DNA of 25,089 nt, taken from the NCBI GenBank assembly GCA_040905425.1, contig JBBDRO010000057.1, forward strand, positions 7,011 to 32,099. The letters run 5' to 3'. The translations under genes were made by a program, and so were the position numbers. This document shows, piece by piece, positions 1-7,364 of this stretch. Below the pieces are notes generated by a model. That model had not been told where the DNA came from. It saw only the letters and a list, made by a program, of their open reading frames with translations, and searched no databases. The stretch's first letter is position 1. Each line of letters opens with the position of its first letter. Source of the DNA: Gemmatimonadota bacterium (GTDB taxonomy: Bacteria > Gemmatimonadota > Gemmatimonadetes > Longimicrobiales > RSA9).

Positions 1-474
1 GTCGAGCGGGCGGGACGCGCCGCCGAGGGGCTGGCCTGGTACCTGGCGGCGGGGCGCCTGCCGACCCGGGAGCGCGCGCTGCCCCTGCCCTCCCCCGACG
101 CCCTGCGCGAGCTCTTCCGCGCCCTCTTCGCGGACACGGACGCGCGCCACCCCGGCGGCGGCGTGCACGCCGCCGCCCTCACGGACGGCGCGGGCCTCCT
201 CCTGCAGGTGGAGGACGTGGGCCGGCACAACGCCGTGGACCGGGCCGTGGGCCGCATCCACCTGGACGGGCTGGACGCCGGCGGCCTGGGCCTGGTGCTC
301 AGCAGCCGGGTGAGCGGCGAGGCGGCGCTCAAGGCCGCCCGCGCGGGCGTGGCGTGGGTGGCCAGCCGCTCGGCGGCCACCACGCTGGCCGCGGCGCTGG
401 CGGCGGCCGCCGGGCTGCCCCTCGTGGCGCGTGCCGCGGGGCCGGCCGCGGAGGTGCTGGGGGAGGTTCCGTGA
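1..474 (+). CDS. fdhD: Formate dehydrogenase accessory sulfurtransferase FdhD (5'-truncated by window edge)
   Basis: Frame 1 is open from base 1 to TGA 472-474. It contains the FdhD motifs GGVHAAAL, EDVGRHNAVDR, LSSRVSGE and SRSAATTLA, and sits next to mobA and moeA. Confidence 0.88.
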   Translation, partial: VERAGRAAEGLAWYLAAGRLPTRERALPLPSPDALRELFRALFADTDARHPGGGVHAAALTDGAGLLLQVEDVGRHNAVDRAVGRIHLDGLDAGGLGLVLSSRVSGEAALKAARAGVAWVASRSAATTLAAALAAAAGLPLVARAAGPAAEVLGEVP

Positions 475-517
475 GCGGTCCCGGAGGCGCGCCCCGTGGA
501 GCGCCCGGAGACGCCCG

Positions 518-1156
518 GTGAGCGCGCCGGGCGCGGCACCGCTCGGCGTACTGCTGGCCGGCGGCCGCAGCACGCGCTACGGCGCGCCGAAGGCGTTGGC
601 CCGGGTGGCCGGCATGCGCATTGCCGACCGCGCCCTCGGCGCGCTCCGTGACACGCTGCCCGAGCCCGTGGTGGCCGTGGCCAATGATCCCGCGCTGGGC
701 GCCGAGCTGGACGTGCCCACCCGCCCCGACCTGACCCCCGGCCTCGGCCCGCTGGGCGGCATCCACACCGCGCTCCACTGGGCCGCCGAGGAGGGGCGCA
801 ACGGCGTACTGTGCGTGTCATGTGACATGCCCTTCCTGGTGCCCGACCTGCTGCGGCGCATCGTGGCGCTGGCGGGGCGAGGCGCGTGGGACGTGGTGGC
901 GCCGGAAAGCGGAGGCCCGCGCGGCATCGAGCCGCTGCACGCCTGGTACGGGCCGCGCTGCCTCCCGGCGGTGGAGGCGGCGCTGGCGCGGGACGATCGG
1001 CGCGTCGTCGCTTTCCATGGGGACGTGCGCGTGCACCGCATCCCGCTGGAGGAGGTGCGCCGCTATGGGGATCCCGCCGTGGTGTTCCTGAACGTGAACA
1101 CGCCGGCCGACCGGGAGCGGGCCGAGGCCATGGCCCTGGGGGAGGAGGACGCGTGA
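518..1156 (+). CDS. mobA: Molybdenum cofactor guanylyltransferase
   Basis: Contains LLAGGRSTRYGAPKA, GPLGGIHTAL, SCDMPFL, EPLHAWY and FLNVNTPAD. GTG start at 518 with GGAG at 507-510; the ORF-track start at 431 overlaps fdhD and is unlikely. Confidence 0.92.
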   Translation: MSAPGAAPLGVLLAGGRSTRYGAPKALARVAGMRIADRALGALRDTLPEPVVAVANDPALGAELDVPTRPDLTPGLGPLGGIHTALHWAAEEGRNGVLCVSCDMPFLVPDLLRRIVALAGRGAWDVVAPESGGPRGIEPLHAWYGPRCLPAVEAALARDDRRVVAFHGDVRVHRIPLEEVRRYGDPAVVFLNVNTPADRERAEAMALGEEDA

Positions 1157-2448
1157 GCCGACCGATCGAACGGAGCGCCGACTGGCTGAGCGTGGCGGAG
1201 GCGTGCCGCCGCATCCTGGCCGCGGTGGCGCCGCTGCCCGCCGAGCGCATCCCGCTGCGCGTGGGCCGGGCCGGCGGACGGGTGCTGGCCGAGCCGGTGG
1301 TGGCGCCGGTGAGCCTGCCGCCGTGGGACAACAGCGCCATGGACGGCTATGCGGTGCACGCCGCGGACGTGCGGGGCGCCAGCGCGGAGGCGCCCGTCCG
1401 CCTGGTGATCGTGGAGCGCGTGGGGGCGGGCGCTTTTCCCACGCGCCCCCTGGAGCGCGGCCAGGCCATCCAGATCATGACCGGCGCGCCGGTACCGGCC
1501 GGCGCGGATTCCGTCGTGCGGCTGGAGCACACCACGGAGGAAGATGGCCACGTGCTCGTGCGCGAGGACGGGGACGCGGGACGCAACATCCGGCGCGCCG
1601 GGGAGGACGTGGAGGCCGGCGCCACGGTGCTGGAGGAGGGGCGCGTGCTGCGCGCGGGGGAGGTGGCCATCCTGGCCTCGCTCGGCGTGGCCGAACCGGC
1701 CGTGCACCGCCGGCCGCGCGTGGCGGTGCTGGCCACGGGGGACGAACTGGTGGACGTGGAGGACTTCGAGGCGGTGCGGGCCGGCCGCCGCATCGTGAAC
1801 TCCAACTCCTACGCGCTTGCGGCCGCGCTGCACGCCACCGGCTGCGAGCCGCTCCTGCTGGGCATTGCGCGCGATAGCACCGCCGACCTGGTGGCCCACC
1901 TCCGTGAGGGCCTCTCCGCCGACGCGCTGATCACCACGGCGGGCGCCAGCGTGGGCGAGCACGACCTGGTCAAGGAGGCGCTCGAGGCGCTGGGCTTCGA
2001 GCTGGACTTCTGGCGCGTGAAGATGCGGCCGGGCAGCCCCTTCTCCTTCGGCAGCCTGCCCGCCGACGGGCGCCGCGTGCCGGTCTTCGGGCTGCCCGGC
2101 AACCCCGTCAGCGCGCTGGTCACCTTCGAGGTGCTCGTGCGCCCCGCGCTGCGCCGCATGCTGGGACGGAGCGCGGTCTTCGCACCCACCGTGCGCGTGC
2201 GCGCCGCGGAGCCCATCCCCTCCAGAGCGGGGCACGTCCACTTCCTGCGCGCCACCCTGCGCGCCGACGGGGACGGCTGGGCCGCCCGGCTCACGGGGCC
2301 GCAGGGCTCCGGCATCATGACCTCCATGGCGCAGGCGGACGCCCTGCTGGTGATCCCCGAGGAGAGCAACGGGCTGGAGGTGGGGAAGAGCGCTTCGGCG
2401 CTCCTCCTGCACGGCCCCGATCACGCCGTGGCGGAGCCGCCCGCATGA
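1153..2448 (+). CDS. moeA: Molybdopterin molybdotransferase MoeA (gephyrin-like)
   Basis: Contains PPWDNSAMDGYAV, IMTGAPVPAGADSVV, ATGDEL, NSN, GASVGEHDLVK, GLPGNPVSA and QGSG. GTG 1153 overlaps the mobA stop (GTGA) and is preceded by GGAGGAGG. Confidence 0.95.
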   Translation: MSRPIERSADWLSVAEACRRILAAVAPLPAERIPLRVGRAGGRVLAEPVVAPVSLPPWDNSAMDGYAVHAADVRGASAEAPVRLVIVERVGAGAFPTRPLERGQAIQIMTGAPVPAGADSVVRLEHTTEEDGHVLVREDGDAGRNIRRAGEDVEAGATVLEEGRVLRAGEVAILASLGVAEPAVHRRPRVAVLATGDELVDVEDFEAVRAGRRIVNSNSYALAAALHATGCEPLLLGIARDSTADLVAHLREGLSADALITTAGASVGEHDLVKEALEALGFELDFWRVKMRPGSPFSFGSLPADGRRVPVFGLPGNPVSALVTFEVLVRPALRRMLGRSAVFAPTVRVRAAEPIPSRAGHVHFLRATLRADGDGWAARLTGPQGSGIMTSMAQADALLVIPEESNGLEVGKSASALLLHGPDHAVAEPPA

Positions 2449-2497
2449 GGGCGGGCGCGCGCCGCGCACCGATGAACCGAACCGAGGAGCCCCTCTC

Positions 2498-4153
2498 ATG
2501 GCCGACCCGATCGTCCCGCTCCGGCACCAGCCGGACCTGCCCATGGACCGCCTCATCGTGCGCGAGGCGCCCGACGAGGAGGCCGTCCCCATGGACGTGC
2601 TCTTCGTGGGCGGCGGCCCCGCCGGGCTGGCGGCCGCCACCCACCTCGCGCAGCTGGTGCGCGCGGACAACGAGGCCGGCGGCACGCTGGGGGACGTGGA
2701 GATCGGCGTCCTGGAAAAGGCCAGCGCGCTGGGCGAGCACTGCCTCTCGGGCGCCGTGGTGAACCCGGGCCCCTTCCGCGAGCTCTACCCGGACGTGGCC
2801 GAGGCGGAGCTGCCCTTCCGCGCCCCCGTGGAGGGGGAGCGCGTCTACGTGCTCACCGGCGCGCGCGCCGCGCGCATCCCCACGCCCCCCACCATGCAGA
2901 ACCACGGCAACCGCGTGGCCTCCATCTGCGAGATCGTGCGCTGGATGGGCGAGCGGGCGGAGGCGCTGGGCGTGAACGTCTTCACCGGCTTCCCCGCCGC
3001 GTCGCTGCTGGTGCAGGAGGAGCGGGTCGTAGGGGTGCGCACGGTCCCGACCGGCCTGGGGCGGGACGGCCAGCCCGCCGGGGGCTACATGCCGCCCACC
3101 GACCTCACGGCCCGCGTGGTGGGGCTGGCCGAGGGCACGCGCGGCTCCCTCTCCCAGGCCTACATGCAGTGGCAGGGGATCGGTTCGGCCAATCCGCAGA
3201 TCTACGCCCTGGGGGTGAAGGAGATCTGGGAGACCAAGCGGCCGCTCGACGCGCTCATCCACACCATGGGCTGGCCGCTGCCGAGTGACGCCTTCGGCGG
3301 CAGCTTCCTCTATCCGCTGGAGCCCAACGTGGTGGCACTCGGGCTGGTGGTGGGTCTGGACTACCATGACGCCAACCTGGACGTGCACGACCTCCTCCAG
3401 CGCCTCAAGGGCCACTCCCTGGTGGCGCCCTACCTGGAGGGCGGCGAGCTGGTGGAGTGGGGGGCCAAGACCATCCCGGAGGGCGGCTACTGGGCGCTGC
3501 CGGAGCGGCGCCACGGGGACGGCGTGGTCATCCTGGGAGACTCCGCGGGGCTGGTCGAGGTGGCCTCCCTCAAGGGCATCCACTACGCGGTGCAGTCGGG
3601 CATCTACGCGGCGCGGGCCATCTTCGAGGGCCTGAAGCAGGGCGACGTCTCCGCCGCCACCCTCGCGGGCTACGATCGCGCCGTGGATGACTCCTTCATC
3701 ACGGCCGATCTGAAGAAGCGCCGCAACATGCGGCTGGCCTTCAAGGACGGCTTCGTGGCGGGTGGCGTGAAGGCCGCGCTCATGACCGTCACGGGCGGCG
3801 CCTTCCCGGGCGGGCGCATCGACATGGCGGCCGATGCCGCGGCACCCCGTCGCGCCGGCGCGCCCCAGGAGGCCCCGCGCGGACCGCACGTGGTGGCCAA
3901 GCTGGACGCCGTCTTCAAGAGCGGCAACGCCACGCGCGATGACATCCCCTCGCACCTGGTGGCGCCGCCTGACGCCAGCGGCGAGCTGGCCGACTTCTAC
4001 GCGCACATGTGCCCCGCCGGCGTCTACGAGCGGGACGGGGACGGGCTGGTCATCAACGCGCCCAACTGCGTGGACTGCAAGGCCACGGACGTGCTGGGGC
4101 CACGCTGGACGCCGCGCGAGGGGGGGGCGGGGCCGACGTACCGGCGGATGTAG
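2498..4153 (+). CDS. Electron transfer flavoprotein:quinone oxidoreductase (ETF-QO; FixC-like FAD domain plus C-terminal FixX-like Fe-S domain)
   Basis: Contains the FAD motif DVLFVGGGPAGLAAA, LEKA..GEHCLSGAVV, YALGVKEIW, HTMGWPL, GAKTIPEGG, GDSAG, KGIHYA and the C-terminal CPAGVYE...NCVDCK...W.PREGG.GP.Y..M. GAGGAG SD upstream. Confidence 0.93.
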   Translation: MADPIVPLRHQPDLPMDRLIVREAPDEEAVPMDVLFVGGGPAGLAAATHLAQLVRADNEAGGTLGDVEIGVLEKASALGEHCLSGAVVNPGPFRELYPDVAEAELPFRAPVEGERVYVLTGARAARIPTPPTMQNHGNRVASICEIVRWMGERAEALGVNVFTGFPAASLLVQEERVVGVRTVPTGLGRDGQPAGGYMPPTDLTARVVGLAEGTRGSLSQAYMQWQGIGSANPQIYALGVKEIWETKRPLDALIHTMGWPLPSDAFGGSFLYPLEPNVVALGLVVGLDYHDANLDVHDLLQRLKGHSLVAPYLEGGELVEWGAKTIPEGGYWALPERRHGDGVVILGDSAGLVEVASLKGIHYAVQSGIYAARAIFEGLKQGDVSAATLAGYDRAVDDSFITADLKKRRNMRLAFKDGFVAGGVKAALMTVTGGAFPGGRIDMAADAAAPRRAGAPQEAPRGPHVVAKLDAVFKSGNATRDDIPSHLVAPPDASGELADFYAHMCPAGVYERDGDGLVINAPNCVDCKATDVLGPRWTPREGGAGPTYRRM

Positions 4154-4207
4154 TAGGGTTGCCGTTGGCATCATCTTGCATTTTCGCCTCCACTGTGCCA
4201 TTTTCTA

Positions 4208-4241
4208 TGGTATGTTTTAGTTTACCGTACGGTTTTCTAAA
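4208..4241 (+). promoter_or_regulatory. Extended -10 promoter (TG-n-TATGTT) followed by a palindromic putative operator
   Basis: AT-rich intergenic stretch with TG at 4208-4209 and TATGTT at 4211-4216. The dyad TTTAG-ttt-ACCGTACGGT-ttt-CTAAA spans 4216-4241, upstream of ATG 4265. Confidence 0.55.
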
Positions 4242-4264
4242 GTGGACATCAGAAAAAGGCACTA

Positions 4265-5698
4265 ATGGCCACCGATCAGCAGATCCTTCTCTGGAACCCC
4301 TGGTGGCAGGACCCCACAGCTATCGAGCAGGACGCCAAGATCACGGCGCTCGCCCGGCGCCGGCTCCGCTGGGACCCTCCGGTGCTCGATGCCATCGAGA
4401 TCGGGCCCGGGCGCGTCCACACGCTGCGCGGACCCCGGCAGGCAGGAAAGTCCACGACCGCGAAGCTACTCATTCAGCGACTCCTACGGCGAGGCGAGCG
4501 CCGGGTCCTCTACTACTCGTTCGATCTGTCTACGTCGAACGCTGACATTGCCGAAGTGGCGTTCCGGGCGCGCCAACTCCATCCTGATCCGGACGGCCCC
4601 TGGTACCTCTTCTTCGACGAAGTGACCGCCATGCCGGACTGGCAACGCGGCATGAAGTACATCATTGACAGCGGCCTCGGCGGTGATGACTTCATCCTGT
4701 GCACCGGCTCCTCGGCCCGGAAGGTCGGGACCGAGCAACTGCCGGGGCGGCGGGGAGCCGGCCGCCATTATCTCCAGCTTCCGGTATCGTTTCGCGATTT
4801 CTGCCAGGCCGTGATGGGTATTGCGCTGCCCGCGGAGACTCTCACGCCGGCCGGCATCCTTGCCCCGGAGAATCTTCGGCTGCTGCGGCAGGCCAACCTG
4901 GCCCGGGCCGATCTGGAGCGCGCCTGGCTAGCGTATCAGCAAGTGGGCGGCTTCCCGGCAGCGATCGAAGACTACCTCGGTGGGCGCAACGTCTCTGATC
5001 GTACTGTCGAGATGGTGTGGGACATCATCGCGAGCGACGTCCAGGAGCTGGGACGCAGTGCAGCGGCCACATTGAAGCTGCTGGAGCGAGTCGGTCGCTC
5101 TCTCGGCGCACCGCTCGCGTGGAACTCCCTGGCGGAGGACATGGACGTCACCCAGCAAACCGCCCGCGACTACGTCGAGCTGCTGGCCAGGTCCTTCATC
5201 CTGCTGACGGTGTTCGCGTGGGACACGAGCGGCAGGGGACTCAGCGTCCGCAAGCAGCGGAAGGTGTATTTTGCCGATCCCCTGATCGGGCAGGTGGCAA
5301 CGCGTCTGATGCCGGGAAGCCGGCCGCCCCGGCCGGAGGCAGTGCGGGAAAACCTGGTGGCCATCGGCCTGTATCGATCCGCGACCGACCGACTCGTCCA
5401 GGCCGACGCCCTGCCCGGCTCCCTGTGCTTCTGGAAATCCGGACGGGGGACCGAAATCGACTTCCTCGTGGCCGAAGAGACGGCGCAGGTGCAGGGAGAG
5501 CGTGTGCCGGTGGAAGTAAAGGGAGACGCGCGTGCCGCGCTCGGCAACGCCCGCAAATCCATTGGCCGGGCGTTCGGCCGCGGCGTCGTGGTGACGGAGC
5601 GGCACCTCGATCTCGACAACAATATCCCCGCAGTCCCGGCGCCCGTGTTCCTGGCCGTGCTGCGCGAGCGACCCGAGCGGAAATCAGCATCCCTCTGA
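4265..5698 (+). CDS. ATP-binding protein, AAA_14 + DUF4143 family (AAA+ ATPase, wHTH, C-terminal PD-(D/E)xK-like nuclease)
   Basis: N-terminal NPWW, Walker A GPRQAGKST, Walker B LFFDEV, CTGSS, LPGR, GGFP, HTH-like NSLAEDMDVTQQTARDYVELL, RKVYFADP and EIDFLV...PVEVK. More A/T-ending codons than its neighbours. Confidence 0.88.
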   Translation: MATDQQILLWNPWWQDPTAIEQDAKITALARRRLRWDPPVLDAIEIGPGRVHTLRGPRQAGKSTTAKLLIQRLLRRGERRVLYYSFDLSTSNADIAEVAFRARQLHPDPDGPWYLFFDEVTAMPDWQRGMKYIIDSGLGGDDFILCTGSSARKVGTEQLPGRRGAGRHYLQLPVSFRDFCQAVMGIALPAETLTPAGILAPENLRLLRQANLARADLERAWLAYQQVGGFPAAIEDYLGGRNVSDRTVEMVWDIIASDVQELGRSAAATLKLLERVGRSLGAPLAWNSLAEDMDVTQQTARDYVELLARSFILLTVFAWDTSGRGLSVRKQRKVYFADPLIGQVATRLMPGSRPPRPEAVRENLVAIGLYRSATDRLVQADALPGSLCFWKSGRGTEIDFLVAEETAQVQGERVPVEVKGDARAALGNARKSIGRAFGRGVVVTERHLDLDNNIPAVPAPVFLAVLRERPERKSASL

Positions 5699-5727
5699 AA
5701 CCCCGATCGATCATCGCTCCCCCTTGG

Positions 5728-7017
5728 CTACCCACCCGCCGGCTTGACCAGATCGTACAGCACCACGCGCTGCACCCCCAGCTCGTCCGTGGTCATGCCC
5801 AGCACGTAGTCCCGGCCGATGCCGCGGATGGTCACCCCCACCGGAGCGCTCACCTGGCCGAGCCAGCGCCCCTCCCGGTCGAACACGTCCAGGACGCGAG
5901 CGTCGTCCCACGGAAAGCCGTAGCGCTCCACCCACAGATTGCCCTCGGGATCCGCGTGCAGCGCGCCGTAGGCGGGGAGGCTGTCCGCCGCAGGCACCTC
6001 CCCCAGCGTGCGCCGCACCTCGGCCTGCCGCTCCTCCGGGTAGCGCTCCACGGTGGCCTCGAGCTGCCGCGCCACGTCCTCCGCCCGCACGGGCGTGGCC
6101 GCCACGGCGCGCCGCACCCGCCCCACCAGCGCGCCGCTCTCCGCATCGTGCACGGCTACGTCGTAGCCCGCGCCGTCCCCCACGTAGACGCGGCCGGCGG
6201 CCACCGCCCGCCCGCTCCGCCGGTTGAACCAGGGCCCGTTGTTGCAGATGGCGCTGCCATCGGGGCCGCACACGGTGAGGTAGCCCTCGCCCGCCGGGAA
6301 CTCGAAGAGGGAATCCAGCAGCTCTCCCTCGGCCCCGTAGCGGTACATCCTGTTGCGGAAAGCGACGAGGCCTGTCCGCACTTCCTGGCTCCCCACGTTC
6401 GCGGCGGCGAGCCAGTCCCCGTCGCTGGTGCGGGCGAACGGTGGCGGCGCGAACTGCGCGGGCCACTCCAGACGGAAGGTGCGCACGAAGGCGCCCTCCG
6501 GGTCGAAGACGGAGAGCGTGGAGTACTGCCCATCCATGGCAAAGACCGAGTCCCCGCCCGTGAACGCCTGGGTGAGGAAGGTGAACTCACCGGGGCCGCC
6601 ACCCCTGCCCCCGGCGGTGTGGAGGTGACGGCCGGCGACGTCGAACCAGCGAAGCTCCGCGCTGCCATTGTCCGCCACCACGATGCGGCCGTCCTCGAGC
6701 CGCACGAGGCCGCGCGGGAACTGGAAGAGATAGGCCGCCTCACCCTCGGCCCGTCCGATGGTCACGCGCGGCTCCGCCGCGATGGTCCACGCCTCCCCCT
6801 CCGCCCACGCGGGCGCGGAGCTCACCGCCACGGCCACCCCGGCGCTGTCCGTGACCACGAAGCTTTCGGGCACCGCCTCACCGCCGCAGGCGGCCAGCGC
6901 CAGGAGGAGCGGCACCGCCGCGCGCCTCACAATGGCGCCCCCCGCTCGCTCCGCCGCCACGCAGGCGAGCACCGTGCCGGGCACGAGTGGACGCCGGTGG
7001 CGTCCGGACGTTCTCAT
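5728..7017 (-). CDS. 6-bladed beta-propeller lipoprotein
   Basis: Lipobox LLLALAAC, VTDSAGV, and propeller repeats GRIVVADNG, GGRGGGPGEF, LSVFDPEG, ADPEGNLWV, DVFDREGRWLG and DELGVQRV. Start is either 7017 (AAGGA upstream) or the alternative GTG at 6930. Confidence 0.8.
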   Translation of the reverse strand: MRTSGRHRRPLVPGTVLACVAAERAGGAIVRRAAVPLLLALAACGGEAVPESFVVTDSAGVAVAVSSAPAWAEGEAWTIAAEPRVTIGRAEGEAAYLFQFPRGLVRLEDGRIVVADNGSAELRWFDVAGRHLHTAGGRGGGPGEFTFLTQAFTGGDSVFAMDGQYSTLSVFDPEGAFVRTFRLEWPAQFAPPPFARTSDGDWLAAANVGSQEVRTGLVAFRNRMYRYGAEGELLDSLFEFPAGEGYLTVCGPDGSAICNNGPWFNRRSGRAVAAGRVYVGDGAGYDVAVHDAESGALVGRVRRAVAATPVRAEDVARQLEATVERYPEERQAEVRRTLGEVPAADSLPAYGALHADPEGNLWVERYGFPWDDARVLDVFDREGRWLGQVSAPVGVTIRGIGRDYVLGMTTDELGVQRVVLYDLVKPAGG

Positions 7018-7364
7018 GGCTGCCCTTTCCTTGATGGATGGTCGGGATCGAGCGGGGCAGGATATCCCAACACCTGGGACCCGCCGAACCTACCGCACGG
7101 TTGCCCGCGGTCGGGCCGATGGCGGCGGGAGCGTTCGCGCTGCGGGCGCGGCCGCACGCCGCGGTCATGAACTGCGCAGGGCCGCCCCAGGCCCTGCCGA
7201 GGCTACGCCCCGTAGGGTCCGCCCGTCAAGGCGGGGCCCCGGCCGTGGGGGCTCCGGTCGCACGCCCGGATCCGTTAGCTTGAACGCCGTCTCAGGCGTA
7301 CACCCATCGCCCCGCCGGGTTCGCGGCGTCGCGCGCGTGGGTACACAATACAGCACGGACGGGT

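Noticed and set aside
886..1152. N-terminal extensions in the ORF track for moeA (886), mobA (431), mntA (9304), NHL (14252), TolB-like (15673) and the porin (19720)
   Set aside because: The extensions overlap upstream genes or are low-complexity. The internal starts chosen have an SD, a stop/start overlap, a signal peptide or a well-placed -10 box.
4166..4180. Sigma54-like TGGCATCATCTTGCA upstream of the DUF4143 gene
   Set aside because: GG and GC are separated by 9 nt, whereas sigma54 strictly requires 10.
7018..7364. Short GC hairpins in the divergent intergenic region before uup
   Set aside because: Stems of 7-8 bp are expected by chance at this GC content, and there is no U tract or recognisable RNA family.
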